Positions 48,163 through 59,218 of a stretch of DNA of 62,639 bases are shown here, in pieces; the stretch's first letter is position 1, and the number at the start of each line of letters is the position of its first letter. The notes under the pieces were generated by a model. It was not told the origin of the DNA. It saw only the letters and a program-made list of their open reading frames with translations, and did no database searches. The position numbers and the translations under genes were made by a program. This DNA is from Bacteroidales bacterium (GTDB lineage Bacteria; Bacteroidota; Bacteroidia; Bacteroidales; UBA7960): assembly GCA_035477635.1 (NCBI GenBank), contig DATIKK010000008.1, forward strand, positions 1 to 62,639. The letters run 5' to 3'.

Positions 48163-50703
48163 ATGGAAGCAAAATTTTCGCAAAGAGTGCGAGATGTAAT
48201 TACTTACAGCCGGGAAGAAGCCCTTCGTAACGGAAATGATTACATAGGAATAGAACATTTATTCCTTGGAATAATACGTGAGGGCGAGGGACTTGCAGTA
48301 AAAATTCTCAACCACCTTGGTGTTGACTTAATGAAACTAAAGGCCATTATTGAGAATACTCTTAAAGGGCCTTCAACGCGTGGATATAAAAACCTTGATA
48401 ATATTCCCCTGGTTAAACAAGCCGAAAGGGTACTGAAAATAACATACCTTGAAGCCAAATTATTTAATAGCGAACTTATTGGAACAGAGCATTTGCTTTT
48501 AAGTATCCTAAAAGATACCGATAATCTTGCTACAAAGACGCTTCACCAACAAGGTGTTGATTATGAATTATTTAAAGATGAGGTTCAGAATTGGACAGGT
48601 AGTTATCCCGAAGGCGAAAAACCTTCAGGAATAAAATCGGAGTTGTCGCCAGGCAGCGAGGATGAAGAAGCAGGTGAAAGCGGTTTTGGAAGCTCATTCA
48701 AAAAAACATCGGATAAATCTAAAACCCCGGTATTGGACAATTTTGGCCGCGATTTGACAAAGGCTGCTGAAGAAAACCGGCTCGACCCGGTAGTTGGAAG
48801 AGAGAAGGAACTGGAGCGTATTGCTCAGATTTTATCGCGCCGGAAAAAGAACAACCCAATTCTTATTGGCGAACCGGGAGTTGGAAAATCAGCCATTGCC
48901 GAGGGTCTTGCCTTACGAATTGTGCAACGTAAAGTTTCCCGTGCTCTTTTTAACAAGCGACTGGTAACACTCGATATTGCTTCGCTGGTTGCAGGCACAA
49001 AGTATCGCGGACAATTCGAAGAGCGTATGAAGGCTTTGCTCAACGAGTTGGAAAAGAATCCGGATGTCATTTTATTTATTGACGAATTACATACAATTGT
49101 TGGTGCTGGCGGGGCTTCGGGCTCACTCGATGCCAGCAACATGTTTAAACCGGCTCTTGCCAGGGGAGATCTGCAATGCATCGGAGCTACAACTCTTGAT
49201 GAGTACCGGCAGCATATTGAAAAAGACGGGGCGCTGGAACGACGCTTTCAGAAAATACTTGTTGACCCCACCACACCCGAAGAAACAATTGAAATATTAC
49301 ATAACATTAAGCAAAAATACGAAGATCATCACCTGGTTTCCTATTCGGATGAAGCTATAAAGGCTTGTGTTAATCTTACCAACAGGTACGTGAGCGATCG
49401 TTGCCTTCCTGATAAGGCTATTGATGCACTCGATGAGGCTGGTTCGCGTGTACATATCAGCAATATAAGGGTGCCTGAGAATATTATTGAGATAGAGGGA
49501 CAGATTGACCGCGTAAAAGATGAAAAAACCAAAGCCATAAGGAGCCAGAAATATGAACAAGCTGCCAAGCTTCGTGACCAGGAACGGGAATTGACCGAAA
49601 AGCTCGACAGGGAAAAGCGAAGGTGGGAAGAGGAATCGAAACTGCACCGCGACACTGTTACCGAGCAAAATGTGTCGGAAGTTGTTTCTATGATTACAGG
49701 TGTTCCGGTTCATAGGATCGCTCTGAATGAAAGTGAGCGGCTAATAAACATGGAAAAAGACCTTGAAAAGAGTGTAATTGGTCAGTATGAGGCTATTGAG
49801 AAGGTTGTAAGAAGTATCAGGCGAAACCGTGCCGGCTTAAAAGACCCCAACAAACCGATTGGCACATTTATTTTTCTTGGTCCGACGGGTGTTGGTAAAA
49901 CCCACCTGGCTAAAGTGCTTTCTAAACACCTGTTCGACTCACAGGATGCGCTTGTACGCATTGACATGAGCGAGTATATGGAAAAGTTTGCCGTAAGCCG
50001 CCTTATAGGAGCACCTCCTGGATATGTAGGCTATGAAGAAGGCGGGCAGCTTACTGAAAAAATTCGCCGTAAACCATACTCAGTAGTTCTGCTCGATGAA
50101 ATTGAAAAGGCACATCCTGATGTGTTTCATCTTCTCCTGCAGGTTCTTGATGACGGTCAGCTTACCGATAGTTTGGGGCGAAGGGTCGATTTCAAAAATA
50201 CCATAGTCATTATGACTTCCAATATTGGTTCAAGGCAGCTCAAAGACTTTGGTATGGGAGTAGGTTTCAGCACGGCTGCCAAACAATCAATATCAAGCGA
50301 ATATGCTCAGAGCGTTATAGAAAGTGCCCTGAAAAAAGCTTTTGCTCCAGAATTTTTGAACCGGGTCGATGACGTTGTTATTTTTGAATCACTTAAAAAA
50401 GAACACATTTTCAAAATTATCGACATAGAGTTGGCCGGGCTCTTTAAACGAACCCATGACCTGGGTTACTCAATTGAACTTTCGGCTGAGGCAAAAGATT
50501 TCATTGCTGAAAAAGGTTGGGATCCTGCCTTTGGTGCAAGACCTTTGAAGAGGGCTATTCAAAAATATTTAGAAGACCCGCTTGCCGAAGAGATCATCAA
50601 GGCCCGGGTAAAAGAAGGCGAAGTAATCTATGTCGATTTCGATAAGGATAGCCAGGAAATCCAAATAACTCCAAAGAAATTGGAAGTTCAGACTGACAAA
50701 TAA
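48163..50703 (+). CDS. clpC: ATP-dependent Clp protease ATP-binding subunit ClpC
   Basis: The 846 aa protein has two Clp N-terminal repeats. Its Walker A motifs are GEPGVGKSA and GPTGVGKT. A UVR-like segment (IRSQKYEQAAKLRDQE) lies between the AAA modules. Confidence 0.9.
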   Translation: MEAKFSQRVRDVITYSREEALRNGNDYIGIEHLFLGIIREGEGLAVKILNHLGVDLMKLKAIIENTLKGPSTRGYKNLDNIPLVKQAERVLKITYLEAKLFNSELIGTEHLLLSILKDTDNLATKTLHQQGVDYELFKDEVQNWTGSYPEGEKPSGIKSELSPGSEDEEAGESGFGSSFKKTSDKSKTPVLDNFGRDLTKAAEENRLDPVVGREKELERIAQILSRRKKNNPILIGEPGVGKSAIAEGLALRIVQRKVSRALFNKRLVTLDIASLVAGTKYRGQFEERMKALLNELEKNPDVILFIDELHTIVGAGGASGSLDASNMFKPALARGDLQCIGATTLDEYRQHIEKDGALERRFQKILVDPTTPEETIEILHNIKQKYEDHHLVSYSDEAIKACVNLTNRYVSDRCLPDKAIDALDEAGSRVHISNIRVPENIIEIEGQIDRVKDEKTKAIRSQKYEQAAKLRDQERELTEKLDREKRRWEEESKLHRDTVTEQNVSEVVSMITGVPVHRIALNESERLINMEKDLEKSVIGQYEAIEKVVRSIRRNRAGLKDPNKPIGTFIFLGPTGVGKTHLAKVLSKHLFDSQDALVRIDMSEYMEKFAVSRLIGAPPGYVGYEEGGQLTEKIRRKPYSVVLLDEIEKAHPDVFHLLLQVLDDGQLTDSLGRRVDFKNTIVIMTSNIGSRQLKDFGMGVGFSTAAKQSISSEYAQSVIESALKKAFAPEFLNRVDDVVIFESLKKEHIFKIIDIELAGLFKRTHDLGYSIELSAEAKDFIAEKGWDPAFGARPLKRAIQKYLEDPLAEEIIKARVKEGEVIYVDFDKDSQEIQITPKKLEVQTDK

Positions 50704-50765
50704 TTACATCCCGGTTTTGGTGCTTACTTTTTAAATCAGACCCAAGCAAATAAGGCTGTCAGGTT

Positions 50766-52544
50766 TTAAAAACGGTATTCGTTATCTGTAATTAACTTTG
50801 CAGCGATTCTCCTTCTTGTCTCTTTTACATTTACACCCGCAACCTTTGAAAGTAATTCTATTGCTTCTGCAAGTGATTCGGCCATAGCCTTTTCAGGAAG
50901 CGAATAAACACAATCAAGGCCAAATTTTCTGATTTTCAGGGAAGCATCAAATATAAATACATCGAGTATATCGCGGTAGATAGCATAATCAAGGTTTAAA
51001 GCCTCCAACTTTTTAACACGCAGTGCAAGCGACTCAGCCACATAAACTTCCGATATAATATCTGCAATGTTCATTGTTATTTCCTGTTCTTTGGCCAGTT
51101 TTCTCGAAAACTGAACGGATGCTGCATTGAGAGTAAGAAGGGCTACTTTTTTCAGATTAGATAATGTATTTGATTTGGCCTGATGGTAATCGTTTAGCTC
51201 TGTGTTTTTGCAATCTATCTGATTAAGGTTATTATACAACTCTTCAGCTTTGCCAAAAAGATCGAAATCGCCTTTCAGCGCCCTTTTAATTGCCGTGTCG
51301 GTTACCAGCAGCCGGTTTATTTCGTTGGTTCCCTCAAAAATCCTGTTAATGCGGGAATCGCGGTAACCCCGTTCAACATTCATTTCGGCCGAGTATCCCA
51401 TCCCGCCGTGAATTTGAACAGCTTCATCGGCAACATAATCAAGCATTTCAGAACCATAAACTTTCAGAATGGCATCTTCTACGGCATAATGGCTTATAGC
51501 CTCAATTGCAGCACGTCCATAATCAGGTTCTGTTTGCTTTATGACATCCATCAAGTCGTCGATGTCTTTACTGACTCTATAAATTGCCGATTCATGAGCA
51601 AACGTTCTGATAACCATTTCGGCCAGTTTATGCTGAATGGCGCCAAACGAAGAAATTAGCACACAAAATTGTTTTCGTTCGTTAGAGTATTTCACACTGT
51701 CGGTTATGGCCTTTTTTGCTGCGCCAATAACATTTGCTCCGAGTTTCATCCTGCCCATATGAAGTACGTTCAGTGCAATACGAAATCCCTCTCCCCGGGC
51801 TCCAAGCATATTTTCGGCCGGGACCTTCACATCGTTATAGTAAATCTGGGCTGTGGAAGACCCTTTTATGCCCATCTTATGCTCGTCGGGGCCAATTACA
51901 ACTCCGGGTGTATCGCTATCGACGATAAAAGCGCTCAATATGCGATCGTTTTCAACTTTGGCAAAAACCACCTGTGTATCGCAAAATCCGGCATTGGTTA
52001 TCCACATTTTCTGCCCATTCAACACATAGTATTTGCCATCAGGTGTAGGTATGGCAGAGGTTTTTCCCGAGTTGGCATCGCTTCCTGCACCAGGTTCGGT
52101 AAGGCAATAAGCCCCAAGCAACTCGCCTGTAGCAAGTTTAGGAACATATCGCTGGCGTTGATCTGCATTGCCGTAATACATTATTGGCAATGTGCCAATT
52201 CCGCAATGAGCCATATATGCTACCGAGAACGAAAAGGCAGCGCCCATGGTTTCGGCAGCAAGCATTTGTGTAACAAACGATTGGCCAAAGCCGTTGTACT
52301 CTTCGGGGATTGAGATACCCATCAGACCAAGTTCGCCCGATTTCTTTAATATTTCCTTCATCAACTCACGATCACCTTTGTCGAGTTTGTCGAGATGTGG
52401 ATATACTTCTGAATCAATAAAATCCTTGCACGTCTGGGCAATCATTCGCTGTTCCTCGCTGAACTCCTCGGGAATAAAAACATCGTTGGCATCGATATCC
52501 CTGGTTAAAAATTCGCCACTTTTCAGGTTCAGTAACTTTTCCAT
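50766..52544 (-). CDS. Long-form acyl-CoA dehydrogenase
   Basis: The 592 aa protein has ACAD blocks (GAYCLTEPGAGSD, WITNAG, QIHGGMGY) plus a ~200 aa C-terminal extension. It is the last gene of the etf operon. Confidence 0.88.
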   Translation of the reverse strand: MEKLLNLKSGEFLTRDIDANDVFIPEEFSEEQRMIAQTCKDFIDSEVYPHLDKLDKGDRELMKEILKKSGELGLMGISIPEEYNGFGQSFVTQMLAAETMGAAFSFSVAYMAHCGIGTLPIMYYGNADQRQRYVPKLATGELLGAYCLTEPGAGSDANSGKTSAIPTPDGKYYVLNGQKMWITNAGFCDTQVVFAKVENDRILSAFIVDSDTPGVVIGPDEHKMGIKGSSTAQIYYNDVKVPAENMLGARGEGFRIALNVLHMGRMKLGANVIGAAKKAITDSVKYSNERKQFCVLISSFGAIQHKLAEMVIRTFAHESAIYRVSKDIDDLMDVIKQTEPDYGRAAIEAISHYAVEDAILKVYGSEMLDYVADEAVQIHGGMGYSAEMNVERGYRDSRINRIFEGTNEINRLLVTDTAIKRALKGDFDLFGKAEELYNNLNQIDCKNTELNDYHQAKSNTLSNLKKVALLTLNAASVQFSRKLAKEQEITMNIADIISEVYVAESLALRVKKLEALNLDYAIYRDILDVFIFDASLKIRKFGLDCVYSLPEKAMAESLAEAIELLSKVAGVNVKETRRRIAAKLITDNEYRF

Positions 52545-52576
52545 TGCTTGGTTATTACTCTATTAATTATTGGTTT

Positions 52577-53371
52577 TCAAATTTCAAGGGCCTGTGCAAT
52601 TAATTCGGCTATATCAAGGTTTTTAACTGCATCCTCACAATTTTTGTATTTCAGACCATCGGTCATCATCGTCATGCAAAACGGACATGATGTAGCAATA
52701 ATTTCTGCCCTGGTTTGCAGGGCATCTTCAATTCGTTCAATAAATACCTCCCTCTCCCCTTTTTCAGCTTCCTTGAACATTTGTCCGCCTCCTGCTCCGC
52801 AGCATAAAGCAAAACTTCTGTTGCGTTCCATCTCTATTAGCTTGCCTGTGAGGGTTTTCAGAATCCTTCGCGGCGACTCATAGATGTTGTTTGCACGGCC
52901 AAGATAGCACGGGTCGTGAAAGGTAACTTTTGCTTCAGCAAATTTTTCCGGGTCAGGACTCAGGCGACCCGAAGAAATCATTTCATCCATAAAATCTACA
53001 TAGCTAATCACTTCGTAGTAACCTCCCAGATCAGGGTATTCATTTTTGAAAATATTATAGCAATGCGGGCAAATGGTCAAAATCTTTTTTACTTCATATG
53101 ATGCTAAGACTTCAATATTGCTGATTGCCTGCATTTGGTAAAGCATTTCGTTACCGGCACGACGTGCCGGATCGCCTGTGCATGATTCCTCCTTGCCAAG
53201 CACAGCATAGCTCACATTGGCATAGGAAAGGATTTTAGCAAATGCAGCAGCAACTTTTTTGTAACGGTCGTCATAGGCCCCTGCGCATCCCACCCAAAAA
53301 AGATACTCAGGTTTTTCGCCTCTGGCAAAACATTCGGCCATTACCGGAACTTCCAATTTTTTTGTATCCAT
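52577..53371 (-). CDS. Cysteine-rich CCG-domain Fe-S protein (HdrD/DsrK/GlpC C-terminal type)
   Basis: The 264 aa protein has two CCG-type cysteine-rich blocks (WVGCAGAYD...CPHC, and ALCCGAGGG...SCPFC). It starts 8 nt after the stop of the membrane Fe-S gene. Confidence 0.8.
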   Translation of the reverse strand: MDTKKLEVPVMAECFARGEKPEYLFWVGCAGAYDDRYKKVAAAFAKILSYANVSYAVLGKEESCTGDPARRAGNEMLYQMQAISNIEVLASYEVKKILTICPHCYNIFKNEYPDLGGYYEVISYVDFMDEMISSGRLSPDPEKFAEAKVTFHDPCYLGRANNIYESPRRILKTLTGKLIEMERNRSFALCCGAGGGQMFKEAEKGEREVFIERIEDALQTRAEIIATSCPFCMTMMTDGLKYKNCEDAVKNLDIAELIAQALEI

Positions 53372-53379
53372 AGGTAAAT

Positions 53380-54714
53380 TTAAAAACTTCTGACTTTATG
53401 GGACTTTAATTCCAGGTCTTTTGCCCACAACAGGCGATCTTCGCGAGAGTATTGCCATGGAGCGCCATTGTTTTCAATATTACTGAATACAGATTTCAAC
53501 TCTCCCGGCACGGAGCCTTCTTCCATAACCAAATATCTGCGCATATCTACGATAATGGAAGGTTGGTTTATATTGATGGGGCATTCTTTGGCACAAGCGT
53601 TGCAGGTGGTACATGCCCACAGTTCTTCTTCGCTTATATAATCGCGTAAAAGGGCCTTTTGGTCAGTATATCTCTTTCCGGATTTTAATAGACCGCGACT
53701 TTTTTCGCGCATCCTGGCCCGCAAATCCATGACAATTTTTCGGGGCGACAATTTTTTTCCTGTGATGGATGCAGGGCAAACCGACGTACATCTGCCACAT
53801 TCGGTGCATGAAAGTGAATCCAGATAATTCTTCCAGGTTACATCCTCCACATCTTTTATTCCAAAGCGCTCTGGCTCGCTCTGAGTTTCCTTTAAAGAAG
53901 TAAAAGAATCAGGATTGAGCATAAGTCTTACTTCGCGGGTTACGGTTTCCATGTGGGTCAACTTACCCAAAGGCTCAAGTCTCGAAAGGAAAACATTCGG
54001 CACCGACATGAATACGTGAAAGTGTTTGCTGTATGGCAAAAGGTTGGCAAACAAAAAAATAAGCAAAATATGCAGCCACCAGTGAACCTCGTGATGAATG
54101 TAAATTACATTTAAATTCATACCCGACATCAGACCGGCAAGAAAATGGCTAACCGGATAAACACCGTAAACAGGGTTGCCTGATGCTTCCTGATAGGCAA
54201 TATAACTCGTATTTAATCCCAAAAGGGTTACCATGAGAAAGAAAATAATGCCCAGGGCAATTTTGGCGTCGGCATGCGATACTTTATTCATTTCCAAGCC
54301 TTCAAACCTTTTAACGAGAGTAAACAGACGCCTGCATAGAAATACCAGGATGGCTATTAATATTATCAGGGCAAATACGTCGCCCGAAGCCATTACTAAA
54401 TCGTAAAACCACCCTAGAAACTTTAATGAACGTTCAACACCCCAAAGGCCATCAACCACCATTTCAATACTACCCAGCAAAATAACCAGAAAGCCCCAAA
54501 AAACCAATGCATGCAAAATCCCCGAAAATGGTTTGCGAAACATTTTTGATTGAACGAATGCAATCTTTATAGTAATGGAAATTCGTCTAACCAGGTCTTT
54601 AATAGGGAAAGCAGCTTTCGTGATTGAAAATAGCCTGAAGTATTTCCATGTAGTGTAAGCGAAAACTGACAAGGTGATTAGAAGTGTAAATGCGAAGATG
54701 ATTTGACTGGTCAT
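53380..54714 (-). CDS. Membrane-integral Fe-S oxidoreductase subunit (NarI/DsrM-like TM domain + 2x[4Fe-4S] ferredoxin domain)
   Basis: The 444 aa protein has about 5 TM helices with conserved His residues ([22 protein letters not shown]). Two ferredoxin motifs follow, [12 protein letters not shown] and [12 protein letters not shown]. Confidence 0.8.
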   Translation of the reverse strand: MTSQIIFAFTLLITLSVFAYTTWKYFRLFSITKAAFPIKDLVRRISITIKIAFVQSKMFRKPFSGILHALVFWGFLVILLGSIEMVVDGLWGVERSLKFLGWFYDLVMASGDVFALIILIAILVFLCRRLFTLVKRFEGLEMNKVSHADAKIALGIIFFLMVTLLGLNTSYIAYQEASGNPVYGVYPVSHFLAGLMSGMNLNVIYIHHEVHWWLHILLIFLFANLLPYSKHFHVFMSVPNVFLSRLEPLGKLTHMETVTREVRLMLNPDSFTSLKETQSEPERFGIKDVEDVTWKNYLDSLSCTECGRCTSVCPASITGKKLSPRKIVMDLRARMREKSRGLLKSGKRYTDQKALLRDYISEEELWACTTCNACAKECPININQPSIIVDMRRYLVMEEGSVPGELKSVFSNIENNGAPWQYSREDRLLWAKDLELKSHKVRSF

Positions 54715-54743
54715 AACCGGTTCATTTTAGGGCTAGTCTTTAA

Positions 54744-55715
54744 CTACTTTAGTTTCATCTTTTTTACAGCCTCGACCAACTGCGGAAGCACCTTTAATGC
54801 ATCTCCTGCAATGCCATATTGGGCTGACTCAAAAATTGGAGCAGACTTGTCGGAATTGATGGCGACAATAAACTTTGAAGAGCTTACTCCGGCAAGATGC
54901 TGGGTTGCACCCGAAATACCAACTGCAATGTAGAGGTTAGGAGCAATTATCTTACCTGTTTGGCCTGTATGTTCTTCATGTGGGCGCCAGCCTTCGTCCG
55001 AAACCGGCCTTGAACAGGCCGTTGCAGCACTCAGAAGTTCAGCCAGTTCTAAAATTGGCTGCCAGTTATCAGCCGATTTCATGCCACGCCCTCCGGCAAC
55101 TACAATTTCGGCATCGGTCAAAAGTATTTTACCGCCTTGTTTTTGGGTTTCAACAACCCTTGTTTTTATTGAGTTAGCCTCAATTTCTAATGACAGGTTT
55201 TCGATACTGCAATTTACTGGTTTTTCTGATAATTCATAGGAATTCTGCGCAAGGGTAATGACTTTTGTTTTGGTATTTAAAGTCAATTTAGCAAAAGCTC
55301 CTCCAGAAAAAACTTTTTTGCTTACTACAAAAGGATCAGTACCAAGCGGCAATTGGTTAACCCCTGATGCCAGAGCTGCATGTAATCTTACCGAAATCCG
55401 AGGTGCAATTGCCTTGCCTGAATTAGTAAAGCCAAGCAGAACAACCTGAGCTTCCACTTGTTGAGCCACTTGCGAAATGACCCTCGCATAAGTCTGGCTA
55501 TCGTGAGTATTTAAAAAGTTGTCGTTTATTGAAAAAATTCTGCCAACTCCAAATTGACCAAGTTTTTTTAACTCAGCCTCTTCGACCTTACCTATTGAAA
55601 CAGCAACAAGACCGGTTTTTAGCATTTCGGCCAATTTTGCTCCGTATGATGCCAACTCAAAACTTAATTTCTTGAACTTTCCATCCCAGTTTTCGGTATA
55701 AACTAATACTGACAT
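54744..55715 (-). CDS. etfA: Electron transfer flavoprotein alpha subunit
   Basis: The 323 aa protein has the C-terminal FAD-binding block GGRGM...SRPVSDEGW...[22 protein letters not shown]. Confidence 0.92.
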   Translation of the reverse strand: MSVLVYTENWDGKFKKLSFELASYGAKLAEMLKTGLVAVSIGKVEEAELKKLGQFGVGRIFSINDNFLNTHDSQTYARVISQVAQQVEAQVVLLGFTNSGKAIAPRISVRLHAALASGVNQLPLGTDPFVVSKKVFSGGAFAKLTLNTKTKVITLAQNSYELSEKPVNCSIENLSLEIEANSIKTRVVETQKQGGKILLTDAEIVVAGGRGMKSADNWQPILELAELLSAATACSRPVSDEGWRPHEEHTGQTGKIIAPNLYIAVGISGATQHLAGVSSSKFIVAINSDKSAPIFESAQYGIAGDALKVLPQLVEAVKKMKLK

Positions 55716-55743
55716 ATGCTTTCAAATTAATTTTTAGAGATAA

Positions 55744-56493
55744 TTAAATTATTTTGGCCTCGTTCTGAAGCAGTTCAATAAGCAATTCAGGTTTATCAGG
55801 ATCAATAAATCTGCAGGCAGCCCTGGCTTTTGGAGGCTCAAAACCGGAAACGCTGACAATAGGCTCTACCAGGGAAGCTTCTACAAGGTTAATGAATTTT
55901 GTTCGTGCTTGCATAATGCCCCTCATTGCCGCAATACGCGGCTCTTTGGCAATACCCTTTTGCACAATTCCAACAAAAGGCGTTGGGATGTTCAAAACTT
56001 CCTTGCCCCCATCTATCTCGCGAGTAATAACAACATTACCAGCATCAATTGATAAGGAGGAAATGGCCGAAACTGAGGGATAATCAAGGAGTTCGGCAAG
56101 CATACCACCTACATTTGAGCCATTGTAATCGCTCGACTCTATTCCGCATAGAATTATATCGAACGAACCTTTTTTAACTACGGCTGCCAGGGCATTGGCA
56201 GTTTGAAATGCGTCGGTTGGATCGATGTTGACCCTATATGCATTATCAGCGCCTATAGCCAATGCTTTGCGAATGGTAGGTTCCGATGTGGCAAGACCAA
56301 CATGTACCACACTTACCTGTTTAACACCTATGTTGGGATTATCGCGCAATTCGAGTGCGCGGGTAAGGGCTAACTCATCCCATGGGTTTATTATCCACTG
56401 AATGCCTGATGTTTCGATCCGCTTGTTGTCGTCAACAAATTTTATTCTGGTTGTTGTGTCTGGAACCTGGCTTATGCAAACCAAAATATTCAT
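55744..56493 (-). CDS. etfB: Electron transfer flavoprotein beta subunit
   Basis: The 249 aa protein has the EtfB blocks ILVCISQVPD, NPWDELALTRALEL and ILCGIESSDYNGSNVG. Confidence 0.92.
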   Translation of the reverse strand: MNILVCISQVPDTTTRIKFVDDNKRIETSGIQWIINPWDELALTRALELRDNPNIGVKQVSVVHVGLATSEPTIRKALAIGADNAYRVNIDPTDAFQTANALAAVVKKGSFDIILCGIESSDYNGSNVGGMLAELLDYPSVSAISSLSIDAGNVVITREIDGGKEVLNIPTPFVGIVQKGIAKEPRIAAMRGIMQARTKFINLVEASLVEPIVSVSGFEPPKARAACRFIDPDKPELLIELLQNEAKII

Positions 56494-56598
56494 ATTATCT
56501 GATTTAAATTTTAAACTTACTTTATTAGCTCTTGATAACTGCTGTAAAAATCAGCAAGGGCAATTAAAAAAGAAAAACAGTCAAATACCAGGCGGGTA

Positions 56599-57468
56599 TT
56601 ATTTTTTCTTCATTACTTTTTCCTTCTCTAAAATGTCGTCGAAGCATTCGCCCTGGCAAGTAAAGCAGCTTTGTATTAGTTTATCGCTGATACCCATTGT
56701 AGAATAACCACCATCGTTGAAGATATTCTGCATGGTTACTTTCCTTGTAAGATCAGAAAACATAACAATACAAAAATCGGCACAATCGTCGGATGAAGCA
56801 TTTCCAAGTGGCGACATACAGTGGGCGTAAGCATAAAAACTTTTGAAACCACCGACCCCTGTTCCGGCAGTGGTAATTGTCGGCGATTGCGAAATGGTAT
56901 TAACACGTACCTTTCGTTTTAATCCATAGTGATAGCCAAAGCTACGGGCTATTGACTCGAGCATGGCTTTAGCCTGCGCCATATCACTGTAAGTTGAGTA
57001 TGTGCGTTGTGCTGCGATATAGCTTAAGGCCAAAACACTTCCCCATTCATTTATGGCGTCGAGCTTATAAGCAACCTGAAGCACCTTATGGAAAGAAACT
57101 GCCGAAACATCAAGAGTTTTGTTAAGGTAGTTGTAATCGAGGTCGGTATAGGCATATCCCTTTCTTACGTTGGGCGACATTCCTACCGAGTGCAGCACAA
57201 AGTCGATCTTGCCGTCAAAAATATTCATGCTTTCCTGGAAAAGATGATCCAGTTCATCAACCTGGGTAATATCTGCCGAAATTACTTCAGCATTAATTTT
57301 TTCACCCAACCTGAAAATATCGCCTTTACGAAGGGCTATAGGGGCATTAGAAAGTACCATCTTAGCACCGTGATCAAATGCTCGCTCGGCTACTTTCCAT
57401 GCTATCGAGTTTTCGTCAAGGGCGCCGAATATGATGCCCTTTTTGCCTTTTAGCAACTGAATTGACAT
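56599..57468 (-). CDS. fabI: Enoyl-[acyl-carrier-protein] reductase (NADH) FabI
   Basis: The 289 aa protein has the N-terminal block GKKGIIFGALDENSIAW. The catalytic Y-x6-K lies in YSDMAQAKAMLES. Confidence 0.88.
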   Translation of the reverse strand: MSIQLLKGKKGIIFGALDENSIAWKVAERAFDHGAKMVLSNAPIALRKGDIFRLGEKINAEVISADITQVDELDHLFQESMNIFDGKIDFVLHSVGMSPNVRKGYAYTDLDYNYLNKTLDVSAVSFHKVLQVAYKLDAINEWGSVLALSYIAAQRTYSTYSDMAQAKAMLESIARSFGYHYGLKRKVRVNTISQSPTITTAGTGVGGFKSFYAYAHCMSPLGNASSDDCADFCIVMFSDLTRKVTMQNIFNDGGYSTMGISDKLIQSCFTCQGECFDDILEKEKVMKKK

Positions 57469-57479
57469 GAGTTTACAAT

Positions 57480-59147
57480 TTAATTATTACCTGAATTGGA
57501 AATGAGTTCACGGGCAGTTGCCATCATGGCCTCTGTCGGGTTCAAGCCACCAAGCATTTTTGCAACTTCCAAAATACGTTCATGGCTTCCGGTGGTTTTT
57601 ATGTCGGTTCGGGCCTTCCCTTTTTCTATAATTTTTTGTACAACCAGGTGGCTGTTACCTCGGGAAGCAATCTGAGCAATGTGCGTGATTGCAATCACCT
57701 GCATATTCCTGGAAATTGAAAATAAGATGTTTGCTACCCGCGAGGCTGTCTCACCTGAAATACCTGCATCTATTTCATCGAAGATAATTGTTGGCAACAG
57801 GTTTTTTTGAGAAATCATTGATTTAATGGTTAACATGAGACGCGAAAGTTCGCCACCTGAAGCAACCTTTGCAATTTCGCGTGGTTCGCCGCCCACATTG
57901 GCATTGAAAAGAAAAGAGATTTGATCGGTTCCGTTAAAGGTAAGTCCCTGTGCTGTTTCGGTCGAAATTATAAACTTACCACCTGGCATTCCGAGTTGCT
58001 TCAACAACGTGGTAACTTCTTTTTCAATGGCCGGTATTACTTTTTTTCTTCGTTCTGATATATGTGAAGCTATACTGAAAAGTTTTTCTTCAACAACGCT
58101 TAATTCTTTCTGGGATTCAGCAATTTTGTCTTCAAGCGATTCAACCGCAAGAATTTTTCCCCTGTATTCGTCGCGAATTTTTTCCAATTCTTCAATATCT
58201 GCTGCCTGATGTTTCTGAAGAAGCTTATTAAGCAAATCAAGTCTCAGTTGAACTAATATGGCCTTATCGGGGTCATGTACTACATTATCGGCTTCACGCT
58301 CCAATTCTCCGTTCAGGTCTTTAGTCTCAATTAACAAAGATTCAACTCTTTGGAGCAACCCGGCGTATTTTTCATTGTAACGCGCAAGAGGCTTAAGCAA
58401 TTGCACAAGCTCTCCATAAACAGAAAAGGTATTTACTTCGTCACCCGACAGCAGAAAAGAGGCCTTTTGAAAATTATGTTTTATAGTTTCTGCATGCCGC
58501 AACACCTCAAGCTCGCTCTCAAGGCGGCTGTATTCTCCCTGATTAAGACTTGCTTTGTCGAGTTCGTCAAATTGAAAATTAAAATAGTCGAAATCAGCCT
58601 TTGACCTCTTTTCAGATGCCTGAAGTTGAGCCAAAGCATTTTTTTGCTGTTGCCACTGCCTAAAAAGCTGCCTGTATTCTGCAACTTGCTGCAGTCCTGA
58701 CGAATAACTGTCAACCACGTCGAACTGGAATGTTGAATTCCCGATAATAAGGTTATGGTGCTGCGAATGAATGTCAATGAGTCTCTCCGAAAGGTCTTTC
58801 AGAACATTCAGATTTACTGGAGTATCGTTTACAAAAGCCCTCGATTTTCCCTGCGGGGTGATTTCACGTCTGAATGTACTGTTGTCGTCGTAATCCAGTT
58901 GATGAAGCTCAAACAGGTCTTTTATCTGAATGTTGCCGAGGAAAAAGGTGCCCTCCACAATGCATTTGCGCTCTTTGTCAAGCAGGGCGAGTGTATCGGC
59001 GCGCTGGCCAAGTATCAGTGATAAAGCCCCAAGCAAAATTGACTTACCTGCCCCTGTTTCACCTGTTATTACGGTAAGACCATCATTAAACGAAATGTTG
59101 AGCCTTTCGATGAGGGCATAATTTTCTACCAACAGGTGCTTCAGCAT
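57480..59147 (-). CDS. recN: DNA repair protein RecN
   Basis: Walker A GETGAGKS, a long coiled-coil, and the C-terminal signature ASGGELSRLML plus Walker B IIFDEIDAGISG are present. The track start at 59156 is TTG, so the ATG at 59147 (MLKHLLVENYALIE) is preferred. Confidence 0.92.
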   Translation of the reverse strand: MLKHLLVENYALIERLNISFNDGLTVITGETGAGKSILLGALSLILGQRADTLALLDKERKCIVEGTFFLGNIQIKDLFELHQLDYDDNSTFRREITPQGKSRAFVNDTPVNLNVLKDLSERLIDIHSQHHNLIIGNSTFQFDVVDSYSSGLQQVAEYRQLFRQWQQQKNALAQLQASEKRSKADFDYFNFQFDELDKASLNQGEYSRLESELEVLRHAETIKHNFQKASFLLSGDEVNTFSVYGELVQLLKPLARYNEKYAGLLQRVESLLIETKDLNGELEREADNVVHDPDKAILVQLRLDLLNKLLQKHQAADIEELEKIRDEYRGKILAVESLEDKIAESQKELSVVEEKLFSIASHISERRKKVIPAIEKEVTTLLKQLGMPGGKFIISTETAQGLTFNGTDQISFLFNANVGGEPREIAKVASGGELSRLMLTIKSMISQKNLLPTIIFDEIDAGISGETASRVANILFSISRNMQVIAITHIAQIASRGNSHLVVQKIIEKGKARTDIKTTGSHERILEVAKMLGGLNPTEAMMATARELISNSGNN

Positions 59148-59218
59148 ACATGGCAAAATATAGATGGCGCAAAGTTAAAAAACTTTAAATAAAGAAAAAG
59201 GAAAAATTAATCAAGCGT

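Noticed and set aside
53371-53382. The possibility that the two Fe-S oxidoreductase ORFs are a frameshifted pseudogene.
   Set aside because: The upstream ORF ends in a clean TAA. A proper ATG follows 8 nt later, and the downstream protein starts at a domain boundary. That looks like a genuine two-gene arrangement. It is kept as an open check in the findings rather than called a pseudogene.
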